Below, in pieces: positions 28,162 to 37,793 of a stretch of DNA of 64,000 bases. Origin of the DNA: a candidate division FCPU426 bacterium (lineage in GTDB: Bacteria > Oederibacteriota > Muellerivitia > Muellerivitales > Muellerivitaceae); the NCBI GenBank assembly GCA_963719085.1, contig CAVRAL010000001.1:1056001-1120000 (forward strand), in the 5' to 3' direction. A model generated the notes under the pieces. The model ran no database searches. It saw only the letters and a program-made list of their open reading frames with translations, and had not been told where the DNA came from. The position numbers and the translations under genes are program-made. Within the stretch, counting starts at the first letter, position 1. Every line of letters begins with the position of its first letter.

Positions 28162-30720
28162 TCAAACGTAGCCTACTCGATTTGACTTCTTTTTGCCACC
28201 CGAATTTTCCCCCTCGGAGGGGTTTTCGGCGGCCGAACCGGCCTCGGGAGCGGGTTTTGGCGTCGAAATCACCGCCGCGGGAGGCGCGGCGGCTTTGGGC
28301 CCGCCCTTGGCTTTCATCAAGTTTTCCACGTCCGCCAGCTTTTTCTTAGCCTCAAAATTATCCGGTTCGGCGTGAATAATCCTTTGATAAATCTTCATGG
28401 CTTCCTCATAGAGGCCCTGACGGGTATAAATTTCGGCCACGGCCACCGTCATGAACTCATCCCGGCTTTCTTCCAAAGCGGAGTCGGTCTTGGAGTGCGC
28501 GTCCAGCTTGGACATGCCCGGCGCGGTCACCGCATGGGGCGCGGAAGCCGCCTTCGGCGCGACGGAAGGCGCGGGCGCGGGGATGGGTGCCGGCGTGGCG
28601 GGCGCGGGCCTTGAGGCGGCCTCTTCCCTGGCTTTGGCGGCCATTTCTTCCCGGAGTTTTTTCTCGATTTCTTCCCGGATCTTTTGTTCCATTTCCACGC
28701 GGGCTTTCTTTTCCATCTCTTCCCGGAGCTTCTGCTCGCTTTCCTGCTTGGCTTTTTGCATCATTTCGTCCTGGACCTTGCGTTCCAGTTCCTCGCGCAT
28801 CTTATGTTCCGCCTCATCGCGGATTTTCTTTTCCATTTCGACGTGCGCTTGGCGGTCAGCCTCCGCCCTGGCTTTTTGCTCCAGTTCTTCCCTCAGCTTT
28901 TTGGATTCTTCCTCGGCCTTGCGTTCCATTTCATCGCGAAGACGCCGTTCCTCGTCTTCCTTGGCCTTCTTTTCGGCTTCCAAGGCCCCAATCACATCGT
29001 CGCCGGTCTTCACGTAAGCCGTATAGGCTTGGTTCAATTTCGTGCGGATTTCATTGTTGTCCGGATGGGCTTCCAACAGCTGTTGATAAATCTCGATGGC
29101 TTCTTCCACCAGGTTTTGCTTGAGGTAGTTTTCCGCGATCCCCAATTGGGCGTTCAGTTCGATCAAAGGATCTTCCGGGGCTTTCGCCGCGGGAGCGGGT
29201 GCCGGAGCGGCAACCACCGGCGCGGGAGCGGCCGCGGGCGTGTCATCCTCCAAATCCATCACATTTTCAGCCGCCTTCGCGGGCGCTGGCGCAGTCCCCA
29301 CGGGGGGCGCGGGCGAGTTCCCGGCGGATTCAACGGCTTTGGCCCCCGCAGGGGGCGCGGCTACTGCGGCTTTGACAGGCGGGGGCGGAGGCATCGCGGG
29401 CTTCGGCGAAGTCCCCGCCGGGGGCGCGGCTACAGCGGGAGCCGGGGTCGCCGTGGCGGTCGGATTCAGTTCCTGCGCCTTGGTCATCCAAGCGGAAGCT
29501 TGATCGGCTTTTCCTTGGGCGGTGGCCAAGCCCGCCGCTTTTTGAAAGGCTTCCACGGCTTTTTCTTTTTGTCCGCTTTTTTTCAAAAGATCGCCGAGCC
29601 GTCCCACCGCCGCGAAAGCGTTCGCGTCGAGCGAAATCACTTTTTGGGCCACTTCCACCGCGTTGGGCAAAAGACCCTTTTCCTCATACTTGCCCACCAG
29701 CACATTGAAGCCGTTGATGGCCTCGAGCTTGGAGCCTTTTTTCAAGGAGATGTCCGCCAGCGCTTCCAAAGCCCCCAAATTATCCTTTTCGACCTTCAGC
29801 GCCTTCTGGATGGATTCCACCGCTTTGTCGAGTTGCCCCTGCTCGCTTAAGACCAATCCCAAATGAACCAAGGCGCCCACATGGTTGATTTTGAACCGGA
29901 GCAAACTCTCAAACTCAGCTTTGGCTTCCGAGTATTGCTGTTTTTTTAAAAAAATAAGCCCCAAGGTGTAATGGGCCTCAATGCTTTTGAACTCGATGGC
30001 TTTATTGGCGTAAAGCAAAGCCTTGTCCATGTCGCCTTTGGCGTGGGCCAATTCGGCGATGGATAAGAATTCTTTTTTGGCGTCGCTCTCGGAGCCTTGT
30101 TTGATGAAAATTTGGGCCAGATTGATGCGGGCATCCAAGTTCCCCGGTTCCAGTTGGACGATTTTCTGGAACATTTCCTGGGCTTTTTTGAAAAGGCGGT
30201 TTTTGAGAAAAGCCGAGCCGATGGCCAGGTACTGCTGGATGGCCTCATCCATCTTGCCTTGTTTTTCCAGGAGTTCGGCGAGCTTGGAATAGGCGGAGAG
30301 GTTTTCCGGGTCCAGTTTCACCACTTCGCTCAGGGCCTCGGTAGCGGCGTCCAGATTGCCTTGTTCCATGGCCGAATCGGCCTTGAGGGTTTGCTTGATG
30401 AGGCCTTGCTTCTTTTGCGCGTCCGCCGATAATTTGGAGGTCTCAAGCGCCGCTATTTTTTTGTTCACCACAAGGGCCTTGTCTACTTGGCCCCGGGATG
30501 AAAAATCGGAGGAGACTTTGTTATAGGCGTCAAAAGCCTCGGCCACCGCGCCTTTTTTCACATAAACATCGCCCAGCATGTTGTGGGTATTCACGTCCTC
30601 AGGGTCTAAAGCGATGAGTTTTTTGTATTCCTCAATCGCTTTGTCCCAGCGGCCTTCCTGGAAATAAATATAGGCCATTTTGACGATGTTTTTTTTGTCG
30701 CCGCCGGCTGGGGTGCTCAT
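28162..30720 (-). CDS. Large TPR protein (SgmX-like) with Pro/Ala linkers and a charged helix
   Basis: Many N-terminal TPRs, P/A-rich linkers, E/K/R-rich helix, terminal TPR, C-terminus KKKSNRVGYV. Confidence 0.85.
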   Translation of the reverse strand: MSTPAGGDKKNIVKMAYIYFQEGRWDKAIEEYKKLIALDPEDVNTHNMLGDVYVKKGAVAEAFDAYNKVSSDFSSRGQVDKALVVNKKIAALETSKLSADAQKKQGLIKQTLKADSAMEQGNLDAATEALSEVVKLDPENLSAYSKLAELLEKQGKMDEAIQQYLAIGSAFLKNRLFKKAQEMFQKIVQLEPGNLDARINLAQIFIKQGSESDAKKEFLSIAELAHAKGDMDKALLYANKAIEFKSIEAHYTLGLIFLKKQQYSEAKAEFESLLRFKINHVGALVHLGLVLSEQGQLDKAVESIQKALKVEKDNLGALEALADISLKKGSKLEAINGFNVLVGKYEEKGLLPNAVEVAQKVISLDANAFAAVGRLGDLLKKSGQKEKAVEAFQKAAGLATAQGKADQASAWMTKAQELNPTATATPAPAVAAPPAGTSPKPAMPPPPPVKAAVAAPPAGAKAVESAGNSPAPPVGTAPAPAKAAENVMDLEDDTPAAAPAPVVAAPAPAPAAKAPEDPLIELNAQLGIAENYLKQNLVEEAIEIYQQLLEAHPDNNEIRTKLNQAYTAYVKTGDDVIGALEAEKKAKEDEERRLRDEMERKAEEESKKLREELEQKARAEADRQAHVEMEKKIRDEAEHKMREELERKVQDEMMQKAKQESEQKLREEMEKKARVEMEQKIREEIEKKLREEMAAKAREEAASRPAPATPAPIPAPAPSVAPKAASAPHAVTAPGMSKLDAHSKTDSALEESRDEFMTVAVAEIYTRQGLYEEAMKIYQRIIHAEPDNFEAKKKLADVENLMKAKGGPKAAAPPAAVISTPKPAPEAGSAAENPSEGENSGGKKKSNRVGYV

Positions 30721-30982
30721 TCAGGCCTCAAGTTGGAATAAAGAAAACAATCGAGTTTACCGCTTCACCTCAGAACCCTGAGTTTTTTTACTATAACATT
30801 GGGTAAAGTGGAGCGCAAGAAAATGCAGGGATTTGTTGGGTCTTTTCCTTATCGCGACCGACTCCGACGCCTTTTTGGTCAGAAAAATTATCGCGAAGGC
30901 CTTCGCCAAGGAATCCGCAAAATCCGCCTCACCCTCCATCGGCCTTTGTGACGCGGGCGACACCCAAACTATAAACCGAAGG

Positions 30983-31420
30983 TTAAAGAAACCGCAAAGA
31001 AGCCTTTTTCCGCTTCAAACACCTGGGGCAATTGAGCATCCGGGAAGAAGCGGAGTCCGCCAATCCCGGCCGGATAAGCCGAAACCATTCCGACGTCCAC
31101 GCCCCTTGGCTTTTATCCAAAAAACGCCCCAGTGGTCTTTCCGAAATGAAAACATGGGCACATTGACATTTTTTACAGGTCAGGGCCAGCTTGGTCTCCG
31201 AGGGTTCGGCCAGAATCTTTTCCCAGGCTTTGGCGTTTTCAGCCAACAGCTCCATGCCCAAAATCTCGTCCCGGTAAACCCCGCCGCCGACCCGCCATTC
31301 TTTCACCTCGCCCGGGAGGGTTTCCCAAAGGGTCAAAAGCCGGTAACCCGCCTGCTCCTTGAGGAAGCCATAATGACGGTTGAAAAGAAAGTTATTCCAC
31401 CAGCCGTGAAATGGATTCAT
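30983..31420 (-). CDS. Hypothetical protein with two CxxC motifs
   Basis: CKKC and CPRC; GGAAAAGAAC upstream. Confidence 0.55.
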   Translation of the reverse strand: MNPFHGWWNNFLFNRHYGFLKEQAGYRLLTLWETLPGEVKEWRVGGGVYRDEILGMELLAENAKAWEKILAEPSETKLALTCKKCQCAHVFISERPLGRFLDKSQGAWTSEWFRLIRPGLADSASSRMLNCPRCLKRKKASLRFL

Positions 31421-31578
31421 GTTCTTCTTTCCGGGAAATCCAAAATAAAATATCGGCGCCCTATTTCCCCCATTCTAAGGGATGAAACGCCTTCCCGCAC
31501 CCGTTACAACCGGGTTAAATAAAAAAATCCACGGAATTTTTTATTGGGAACTCGGCGGTTTCAATCCATACTAGTCCC

Positions 31579-32325
31579 ATGCCCCTTACCCAATTCCAGG
31601 ACAATCCTTTTTACATCGGGTGCCTGATCGGCCTTTTTTTCTCCTTTTACCTCTGGACCATCCTCGATTATTTTTCCCGGTCCCGGACCAACCAAAGGGC
31701 CTTTGAAAACCTCGCCCATCAACTGGACTTCGAGTTTTACGAATCCAAATGGCTTTTTGAGAAAAACGGCTTCGCCTTACCGGCGCCCGTCTGGCCATAC
31801 CGTCCCCGCAAACCCATTTTCAGCGTCAGCCCCGCTTGGGGCTGCCGGAATATCCTGAAGGGCGCGCGCAACGGATGGGATGTCCTCTTTTTGGAAAGGG
31901 CCTATCAAGACCGGGACTTCAAGGACATCCGCGAGACCCTGGTGCTTTACGACCGCAAAAACGCCCGTCTTCCCCAAATGGAGCTGGTGCCGCGCCGGCT
32001 TTTCGACAAATTTCACCGCCGCCTGGAACTGGAAATCAGGACCAATCCCCTCACCGCCAAAATGGTTTTAATCGAGGCCGGGGACCTCGGCCATTTCAAA
32101 CGGCCCAGCCATTATCTTTGGGGAGAACTCCAAGACGAACCCCGGATCCGGGAACTTTTAACGAATGATTTCTGGCTTTATCTGGAACGCTTCCCCAACT
32201 GGCGGCTCAAGGCCCAAGGCGATTGGCTCCTGGTCTTCGAGGAAAACATTCCGGTGCCTCCGGAAAAAATCCTGGAATTCGCCGATCAGTCGGCGCGCGC
32301 CGCGGATTTCTTTTTCAAGAATTAA
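31579..32325 (+). CDS. Hypothetical membrane-anchored protein
   Basis: N-terminal TM, 248 aa, followed by a terminator. Confidence 0.7.
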   Translation: MPLTQFQDNPFYIGCLIGLFFSFYLWTILDYFSRSRTNQRAFENLAHQLDFEFYESKWLFEKNGFALPAPVWPYRPRKPIFSVSPAWGCRNILKGARNGWDVLFLERAYQDRDFKDIRETLVLYDRKNARLPQMELVPRRLFDKFHRRLELEIRTNPLTAKMVLIEAGDLGHFKRPSHYLWGELQDEPRIRELLTNDFWLYLERFPNWRLKAQGDWLLVFEENIPVPPEKILEFADQSARAADFFFKN

Positions 32326-32356
32326 AAAAGCCCCCGTCAATAAGCCGAGGGCTTTT
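32324..32356. terminator. Bidirectional terminator between convergent genes
   Basis: AAAAAAGCCC...GGGCTTTT. Confidence 0.6.
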
Positions 32357-32379
32357 CATGGTCGATTTTATTTAAAATT

Positions 32380-32718
32380 TCACGGCTTCAAGGGAACCGA
32401 AGTCGCCACACCCATGGGCAAGTTCAGCGTATTGCCCGGCTGGGACGCCGGCGTCGCCGTAGGCGCGGCCATGCCTACCACGGTTCCGCTCATAATTCCT
32501 GAATTCGCGGCCGACGAAGTCTGCGGGGCCGCCCGATGATGGTGGCGGGGCCGCGGCGTCGATACCGGTGTCACCACCGCGACCGGCGTGATGACTTGAC
32601 CGGCTCCTGAGGCGCGCACTGAAGACGGCAACCCGCCGGTTGTCGTTTGCGCCCAAAGGGTCGAAAAGCTCAAACCTAAAACCGAAAGACCTGTGATCGC
32701 TAAAATATTCTTATTCAT
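32380..32718 (-). CDS. Small exported low-complexity (Pro/Thr) protein
   Basis: GAGGAG RBS, signal peptide ending TLWA, TP-rich body. Confidence 0.7.
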   Translation of the reverse strand: MNKNILAITGLSVLGLSFSTLWAQTTTGGLPSSVRASGAGQVITPVAVVTPVSTPRPRHHHRAAPQTSSAANSGIMSGTVVGMAAPTATPASQPGNTLNLPMGVATSVPLKP

Positions 32719-32799
32719 TTTCAAGCTCCTCGTTTGTTTTCTATGGATTTAGACGAAGGGCACAGTCCGGAAGTTCTACGTTTCTAAATGATAAAGGGA

Positions 32800-33621
32800 T
32801 TAAGGGGCTTTTCGAGCCTTAGCGGCGGGTAAACGGTTTTTCTGGCAGGATACCGCGAAAAAAAGAAAAGCGATCGAAATGAGAATCGCCGCCCACAAGG
32901 GCATTTCATCCCTCCAGAAAATTAAAAAAACGGTTAAAGCGGTCAAAGCCGGCGCGTGGCTGACGACCGCGAGCCTCAACGATTGGTCGTAATCCAACCG
33001 CTTTTTGAGCCCCTTGGCCACCAGAAGGCCTCCCAGCGCGTAAATCAACAGCGCCGCCATCTCGAAAAGAAACCAAAACAATACGATACAAAAATAGCCC
33101 AGACTTCCGGACCAGCGGACCAGAAAATCCGTCCAGCGCTTCAGTTTTTCACCGGTCACGCTCAGATCAGGAAACAAGGCCCAGTTCCGGACCTGATCCC
33201 GGGCCAAACCCAAACTCACGCGTCTTTCTTGAAACTGCGTCTTCGTCGCCAAGAGGGCTGTTTGAAGATTCTCCACCCCGGGGATTTTGTCCAACTGGTT
33301 GATTTTCCCGGTCGTGTCGATCACCAGGGCCGATACGGAGCTGAAATCCACACGGTAAGGCTGGGAGACGGGCGACGAGAATTGTCCGCCTTCAATTTGA
33401 AAATCCGGAATTTTATCGGCGATTCCCGGCAAAACCTGGGAAGCCGCGGATTGCAGAAGAATCGCCTGGGGCACGGCCAAAACCACCAAAAGTAAAAAAA
33501 GAAAGCCAAACCCGGTTCCGGACCAGCGCTCCCCCACTTCCAAATAAAGCTCGGGGGAAAAAAGGGAAAACAGGATGGTTTTCCACGCCGGTGTTTTCTT
33601 TTTTAGTTTTTGTTTTTTCAT
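32800..33621 (-). CDS. DUF1189-like membrane protein
   Basis: SLFSPELY..., TM, soluble loop with LVIDTTG, C-terminal TM bundle with Y.QSLRLAVVSHAP. Confidence 0.7.
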   Translation of the reverse strand: MKKQKLKKKTPAWKTILFSLFSPELYLEVGERWSGTGFGFLFLLLVVLAVPQAILLQSAASQVLPGIADKIPDFQIEGGQFSSPVSQPYRVDFSSVSALVIDTTGKINQLDKIPGVENLQTALLATKTQFQERRVSLGLARDQVRNWALFPDLSVTGEKLKRWTDFLVRWSGSLGYFCIVLFWFLFEMAALLIYALGGLLVAKGLKKRLDYDQSLRLAVVSHAPALTALTVFLIFWRDEMPLWAAILISIAFLFFAVSCQKNRLPAAKARKAP

Positions 33622-33995
33622 TAGACCGTGGAAGGCGGGAAAGTTTTCAGATAAATCTCAAGGGATTTTCGGTCATCGTCCGTCATCGACACGAAAGTCA
33701 GCCCGGCTCCGGACGCGTTAACCCAAGCGACTTTGGCGAAGGCTGAAAAAGGGGCGGTTCGACCCGGGATTGAAAACTTGAGCGTGACCAAATCCTGAGC
33801 GGTTAAATCCGGATGGCCGCCGAGCAGCATCCCCCCCAAACTGGCGTCCACAGTCTCGGCCATTTTGGTATTGGCGATGAGGTCCTGAATTCCCCGGTCC
33901 TTCTGCTGGCCTTTCATCACCAAGTAAGTCACCTGGATATGGGCTTGAACCCGGGGATAGGCTCTTTTATTGAAAAACATTTTGGCTTCAGGCAT
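33621..33995 (-). CDS. PilZ domain protein (c-di-GMP receptor)
   Basis: RAYPR (RxxxR) and DASLGG (DxSxxG); AKVAW...GLTF. Confidence 0.88.
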   Translation of the reverse strand: MPEAKMFFNKRAYPRVQAHIQVTYLVMKGQQKDRGIQDLIANTKMAETVDASLGGMLLGGHPDLTAQDLVTLKFSIPGRTAPFSAFAKVAWVNASGAGLTFVSMTDDDRKSLEIYLKTFPPSTV

Positions 33996-34205
33996 GGGTT
34001 TCCTTTTCGGAAGGCATTTTACCCCGAAATGATAATGGAGGTGATAAAAATTAACTCCGGTTCTCTTACCGAAGATCCACAATCCGCGCGGGGAATTTTC
34101 AACCCCTTTCATCCGCCATATTCCAAAATCATTTGGATGGCCAGGCCGCAGGCCGCTTGAATTCCCGCCCATTGAAAAATCCAAGAGAGCCTGTTGCAAA
34201 ACCGG

Positions 34206-34243
34206 CAAAAAAAAAGCCCCCTCGGCTTTCGCCGGGGGGGCTT
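34206..34243 (-). terminator. Intrinsic terminator after cspA
   Basis: AAGCCCCCCCGGCGAAAGCCGAGGGGGCTTTTTTTT. Confidence 0.85.
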
Positions 34244-34259
34244 GACTTCGAAAAGACGG

Positions 34260-34460
34260 TTAGATCTTGACGACGTTTTCGGCCTTGAGACCCTTATCCC
34301 CACGAACCACTTCGAATTCCACGCGGTCCCCTTCGTTCAGGGACTTGTAGCCATCCGCTTGAATGGACGAATGGTGAACGAATACATCCTCACCACCATC
34401 TTGGGCGATAAAACCAAAACCTTTTTCATTCTTAAACCACTTCACGGTACCTTGCGACAT
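34260..34460 (-). CDS. cspA: Cold-shock protein
   Basis: [22 protein letters not shown], 66 aa. Confidence 0.97.
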   Translation of the reverse strand: MSQGTVKWFKNEKGFGFIAQDGGEDVFVHHSSIQADGYKSLNEGDRVEFEVVRGDKGLKAENVVKI

Positions 34461-34609
34461 TGTTTGAAACCTCGACTTTATTCTAAAAATTTAACTGCAT
34501 CAGTTGAGGCCCGAAGGCCTTTCACGGATGGTCCCATCCTACAGCACCGTGGCGAAATAAGCGACAAATCGGCGTCCGGCGGCGACTATTTTGGCCCAAA
34601 CAGCCATTT

Positions 34610-35953
34610 TTACCCCTGGCGCAGGGATCGTTTGATGCTTTTCCAACTCGCCCGGGTATCGGTCGGCCGATATTGTTCGCGGATCGCGGCTTTCAACGAA
34701 AGGCGGTATTTTTGATTTTCGGACATTTTCCGGATTTCGGCGTACCAAGCCGCCGGCTGGTCGGCTTCCAGGGCCGGCATGATCCCGCGGGTGGCTTCCC
34801 GAAGCGCGGGCGTGGTGGACACAATGACCGGAATCCCAAAATCCAGGCATTCGGAAGCCCCCAGACCCCATCCCTCCAACCAGGACGGCATCACGCCGAA
34901 CATCGCGCCCCGGTAGTAGTCAATCAACTCCAAATCACCCACCTGTCCGGTAAAAATCATTCGTTCGCGTAATTCGGGATTTTGTTTCAGATATTCCCGC
35001 AATTTCTCCAAACCCCAACCCCACTTCCCCGCGCAGATAAGTTTGGGCAGCCGCACGCCCTCTTCCAAGGCTTGTTTCCAAATCCGGGCCAAGAGCAAAT
35101 GATTTTTCCTAATTTCCACCGTGGCGCAATAGAGGATGTAAGGTTCTTTCGGCTTCAGCGGCGCGGTCCGGCCCAGCTTTTTGGCCTTTTCGTAAAGAAT
35201 CGAGGGCATGGAAAAACGGTGGACGGGCACCGGCAAGCTTCGGGAGCCGTTCAAATAAGAACTCATCATGCCCTGGGAAGACTTGGAGGTACAAACCACC
35301 CGGGTGCCTGGCGCCTTCAGGAGCAGATCAATATTCTCGGTAAACCGTTTTGCCTGAACGGGCTTATCCAGAAAATCCGGTTTCAAGATCGGGATCAAAT
35401 CATGGCAAATAAAGGCCCGGCGGCGGCTTTCCCGGACCAACTTGGGCAATTGAGGCCCGGTCAAGGCCGCGTCGGATAAAAGAAGGATTCCTTGCCGGGT
35501 ATCCACATCGGGCGCTCGCGAATCTTTAGGGCGAAGAAGACGGCAATAAATCCGGCGGGCCCTGAAAACAAGTTTAAAAACATAAAATAAAAAACGAAAC
35601 CGAAATTTCCGGGTAACGAGATTCGCGTAATAGCGGTCGGAAGATCGACCCAAGCCGGGGTTCTCGCGGATCCGGCGGAACGCCCACGCAACAATCCCCG
35701 CCCATGATCCTTGGCCGATCTCGGCGGAAACATCCCCATTCCGATAAACAAGCGATTCCCTTTCCCAGGCATGAATTTCCTGGTAGGCCCCCCGTCCGGG
35801 GACGAAACGCACTATTTTCACGCTGGCATCCGGATCATTCAGCGCGCACTGAAAGATGAATTTTTCGACCCTCGGAATGCCGGAGAAGGACTCGGCGAAA
35901 TTCAATAAGGCGCTGGTGGCGTCCACGTAAATGGGATCGTTTCGTGTCCCCAT
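34610..35953 (-). CDS. Glycosyltransferase family 4 (GT-B)
   Basis: SGIPRVE, CHDLIP, ATVEIRKNH, PSWLEGWGLGASEC. Confidence 0.88.
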   Translation of the reverse strand: MGTRNDPIYVDATSALLNFAESFSGIPRVEKFIFQCALNDPDASVKIVRFVPGRGAYQEIHAWERESLVYRNGDVSAEIGQGSWAGIVAWAFRRIRENPGLGRSSDRYYANLVTRKFRFRFLFYVFKLVFRARRIYCRLLRPKDSRAPDVDTRQGILLLSDAALTGPQLPKLVRESRRRAFICHDLIPILKPDFLDKPVQAKRFTENIDLLLKAPGTRVVCTSKSSQGMMSSYLNGSRSLPVPVHRFSMPSILYEKAKKLGRTAPLKPKEPYILYCATVEIRKNHLLLARIWKQALEEGVRLPKLICAGKWGWGLEKLREYLKQNPELRERMIFTGQVGDLELIDYYRGAMFGVMPSWLEGWGLGASECLDFGIPVIVSTTPALREATRGIMPALEADQPAAWYAEIRKMSENQKYRLSLKAAIREQYRPTDTRASWKSIKRSLRQG

Positions 35954-35955
35954 GA

Positions 35956-37191
35956 CTAAAACCTCACACCCGATAAAATCCATCGTGACAGGCTGATCAA
36001 AATCAACAAAGCGCCCAGAAGCACAAAGACCAATATCATCCGGCGCGCGCGACGGCGACGTTTTTCTTGATCCACCAATTTTCCCGTCTGAAAGGCAATG
36101 TCCAGCGCCCGGGCGGGCAATAACCCGCGGGCAGCGGCCTCCGAATCCCCTCCCGGAGAAAGCCGGACTTCCTGAAAAAGTCGGGCTCCCGGCTTTGCCA
36201 AAAATATTTTGGCGATTTTCAAATTGTCTTTGACGTGGCGTTTTAACAAGGCCGTCTGTTGCCGAGGAGAAAGCCACTCCCGAACCCTGGATTTCATGTC
36301 GCCTCCGGATTCCATTCGAGCCGCCTCCAACACCCATCGCCGAGGTAAGGTTGGCTTTCCGTCATTCATCCGCCGATTGAGAATACGGATGAACTCAATA
36401 AAATCCCTCGGGGGCGTCTTATTCACCGATTCAAGGTCCTCGTCCGGCGGCTCCCAGGAAGCCGGCACCTGCAATCCAAGCGCTTTTTCAAAAAAATCCG
36501 ACACCACCCCTAGGGGCAACCCACCCGGCTCATAGGGTCGGACCAGTATTTTTTCGGGCCCGAAGGCGCCGGACCAAAATTTAAGCAAGCCGCGGCTCTT
36601 CATCCGGGGCCCAAAACGCCCCCGGAAATCCTTAAAATCAATCGTCGCGGTTCCCTCGCCCTTGATGAGCTGGGAGTAATGGGAAACCAACAGCTCATCT
36701 TGCCGGCGCAGATAAACCACGAGCCTGGGATCATAATTTCGTCGATAAACAAAACCAGCCAATAACTGGGCGGCCGTCTTCACCCATCGCGGGTTAAATT
36801 CGATCTCACTGGCCATATGCAGGTCGAACAGGTCCTCGGCCGAAATAAGCAACCGTTTCGATTTAAACCGCCTGAGTTGAGAGTCGAAAGAATCAAATAT
36901 CGAGTCCAATGATTCAAACGGCCTGCAGTAAACCCCGTATTTTCGCCAAAACTTATCGGCGGCTTGAGCGTCGCCATGCTCCAGCATCGCTTGGCGCCGC
37001 AAAAGAACAAAGACACGGAAATGGCTGTTGGCGTAAGCCCGAACGCCTCGGTTGAAACGAGGCGCCAAAGGATAAAGGAGTCCATTGGCCTTTAAAGCTT
37101 TTTCGTTTTTCGACAAAAAAGACTGGAGGGCCTTGGAACCGGTTTTATGCTGACCGATGTGGAGAATGAGTTCTATCCGGTGTGCGCTCAC
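35956..37191 (-). CDS. Sulfotransferase-like P-loop protein with C-terminal TM
   Basis: LILHIGQHKTGSKALQ, LISAEDL, VYLRRQD...S.YSQ, C-terminal hydrophobic anchor. Confidence 0.7.
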   Translation of the reverse strand: MSAHRIELILHIGQHKTGSKALQSFLSKNEKALKANGLLYPLAPRFNRGVRAYANSHFRVFVLLRRQAMLEHGDAQAADKFWRKYGVYCRPFESLDSIFDSFDSQLRRFKSKRLLISAEDLFDLHMASEIEFNPRWVKTAAQLLAGFVYRRNYDPRLVVYLRRQDELLVSHYSQLIKGEGTATIDFKDFRGRFGPRMKSRGLLKFWSGAFGPEKILVRPYEPGGLPLGVVSDFFEKALGLQVPASWEPPDEDLESVNKTPPRDFIEFIRILNRRMNDGKPTLPRRWVLEAARMESGGDMKSRVREWLSPRQQTALLKRHVKDNLKIAKIFLAKPGARLFQEVRLSPGGDSEAAARGLLPARALDIAFQTGKLVDQEKRRRRARRMILVFVLLGALLILISLSRWILSGVRF

Positions 37192-37793
37192 GCTTTTCTG
37201 CCCAAGCCGATGATCCGAGGCGGATTCATGACCTTGAAAACCCTGACATCCTTGAGTCCAGCCAACAAAACTTCACGCATGGCCTGCTCCGTAAAGCGGT
37301 AGTAATCCCCGGGAAACCGGTGTTCTCCTAAAGTCAGCGTACCGGCGTTGAAAAACTCGGCGCGGGTTACCTGAGCAAAAAAACGGACCAACATTTTAAT
37401 CAAAGAACGCTTTGGCAAAAAACTATCCAGACCCATTCCGTGAAATCCGGGAACCCCGATGACCACCCACCCGCCGGGCGCCGTCACCCGTACCATTTCC
37501 GAGACCGTTTTCCAGAAAAAAGGGTCATGTTCCAAGGTGGAATTGCAAAGCACCGCCTCAAACCGGTTATCCTCGAACTGGGACATCGAATGGGCGTCCC
37601 CTTGCAGGATTCGCCAGCCTTCCCCCGACGAGGCTTCTTCCAAGTTAAGCCCTATCCTTTCAGGCACTTTCTTGAGGCATTCCATCGCTAGAAGATTATC
37701 TGGTCCCGGAACCGCGCCCACTTCCAGCACGGACCGGCTCAACCCCATGGGTTGAATCAAACGCTCGAAGGCTTGATAAACCTCGGGACTCAC
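37188..37793 (-). CDS. Class I SAM-dependent methyltransferase
   Basis: VLEVGA, FEAVLCNSTLEHD, RVTAPGG, PGDYYRF; GTGA overlaps on both sides. Confidence 0.88.
   Translation of the reverse strand: MSPEVYQAFERLIQPMGLSRSVLEVGAVPGPDNLLAMECLKKVPERIGLNLEEASSGEGWRILQGDAHSMSQFEDNRFEAVLCNSTLEHDPFFWKTVSEMVRVTAPGGWVVIGVPGFHGMGLDSFLPKRSLIKMLVRFFAQVTRAEFFNAGTLTLGEHRFPGDYYRFTEQAMREVLLAGLKDVRVFKVMNPPRIIGLGRKA

Noticed and set aside
28193..30432. Long plus-strand ORFs such as 28684-29850
   Set aside because: Antisense shadows of the TPR gene; the same applies to 54642-55691 and 62481-63494.
35954..36337. 575-aa version of the GT4 gene
   Set aside because: The extension overlaps the upstream gene in another frame; the ATG at 35953 abuts its stop.
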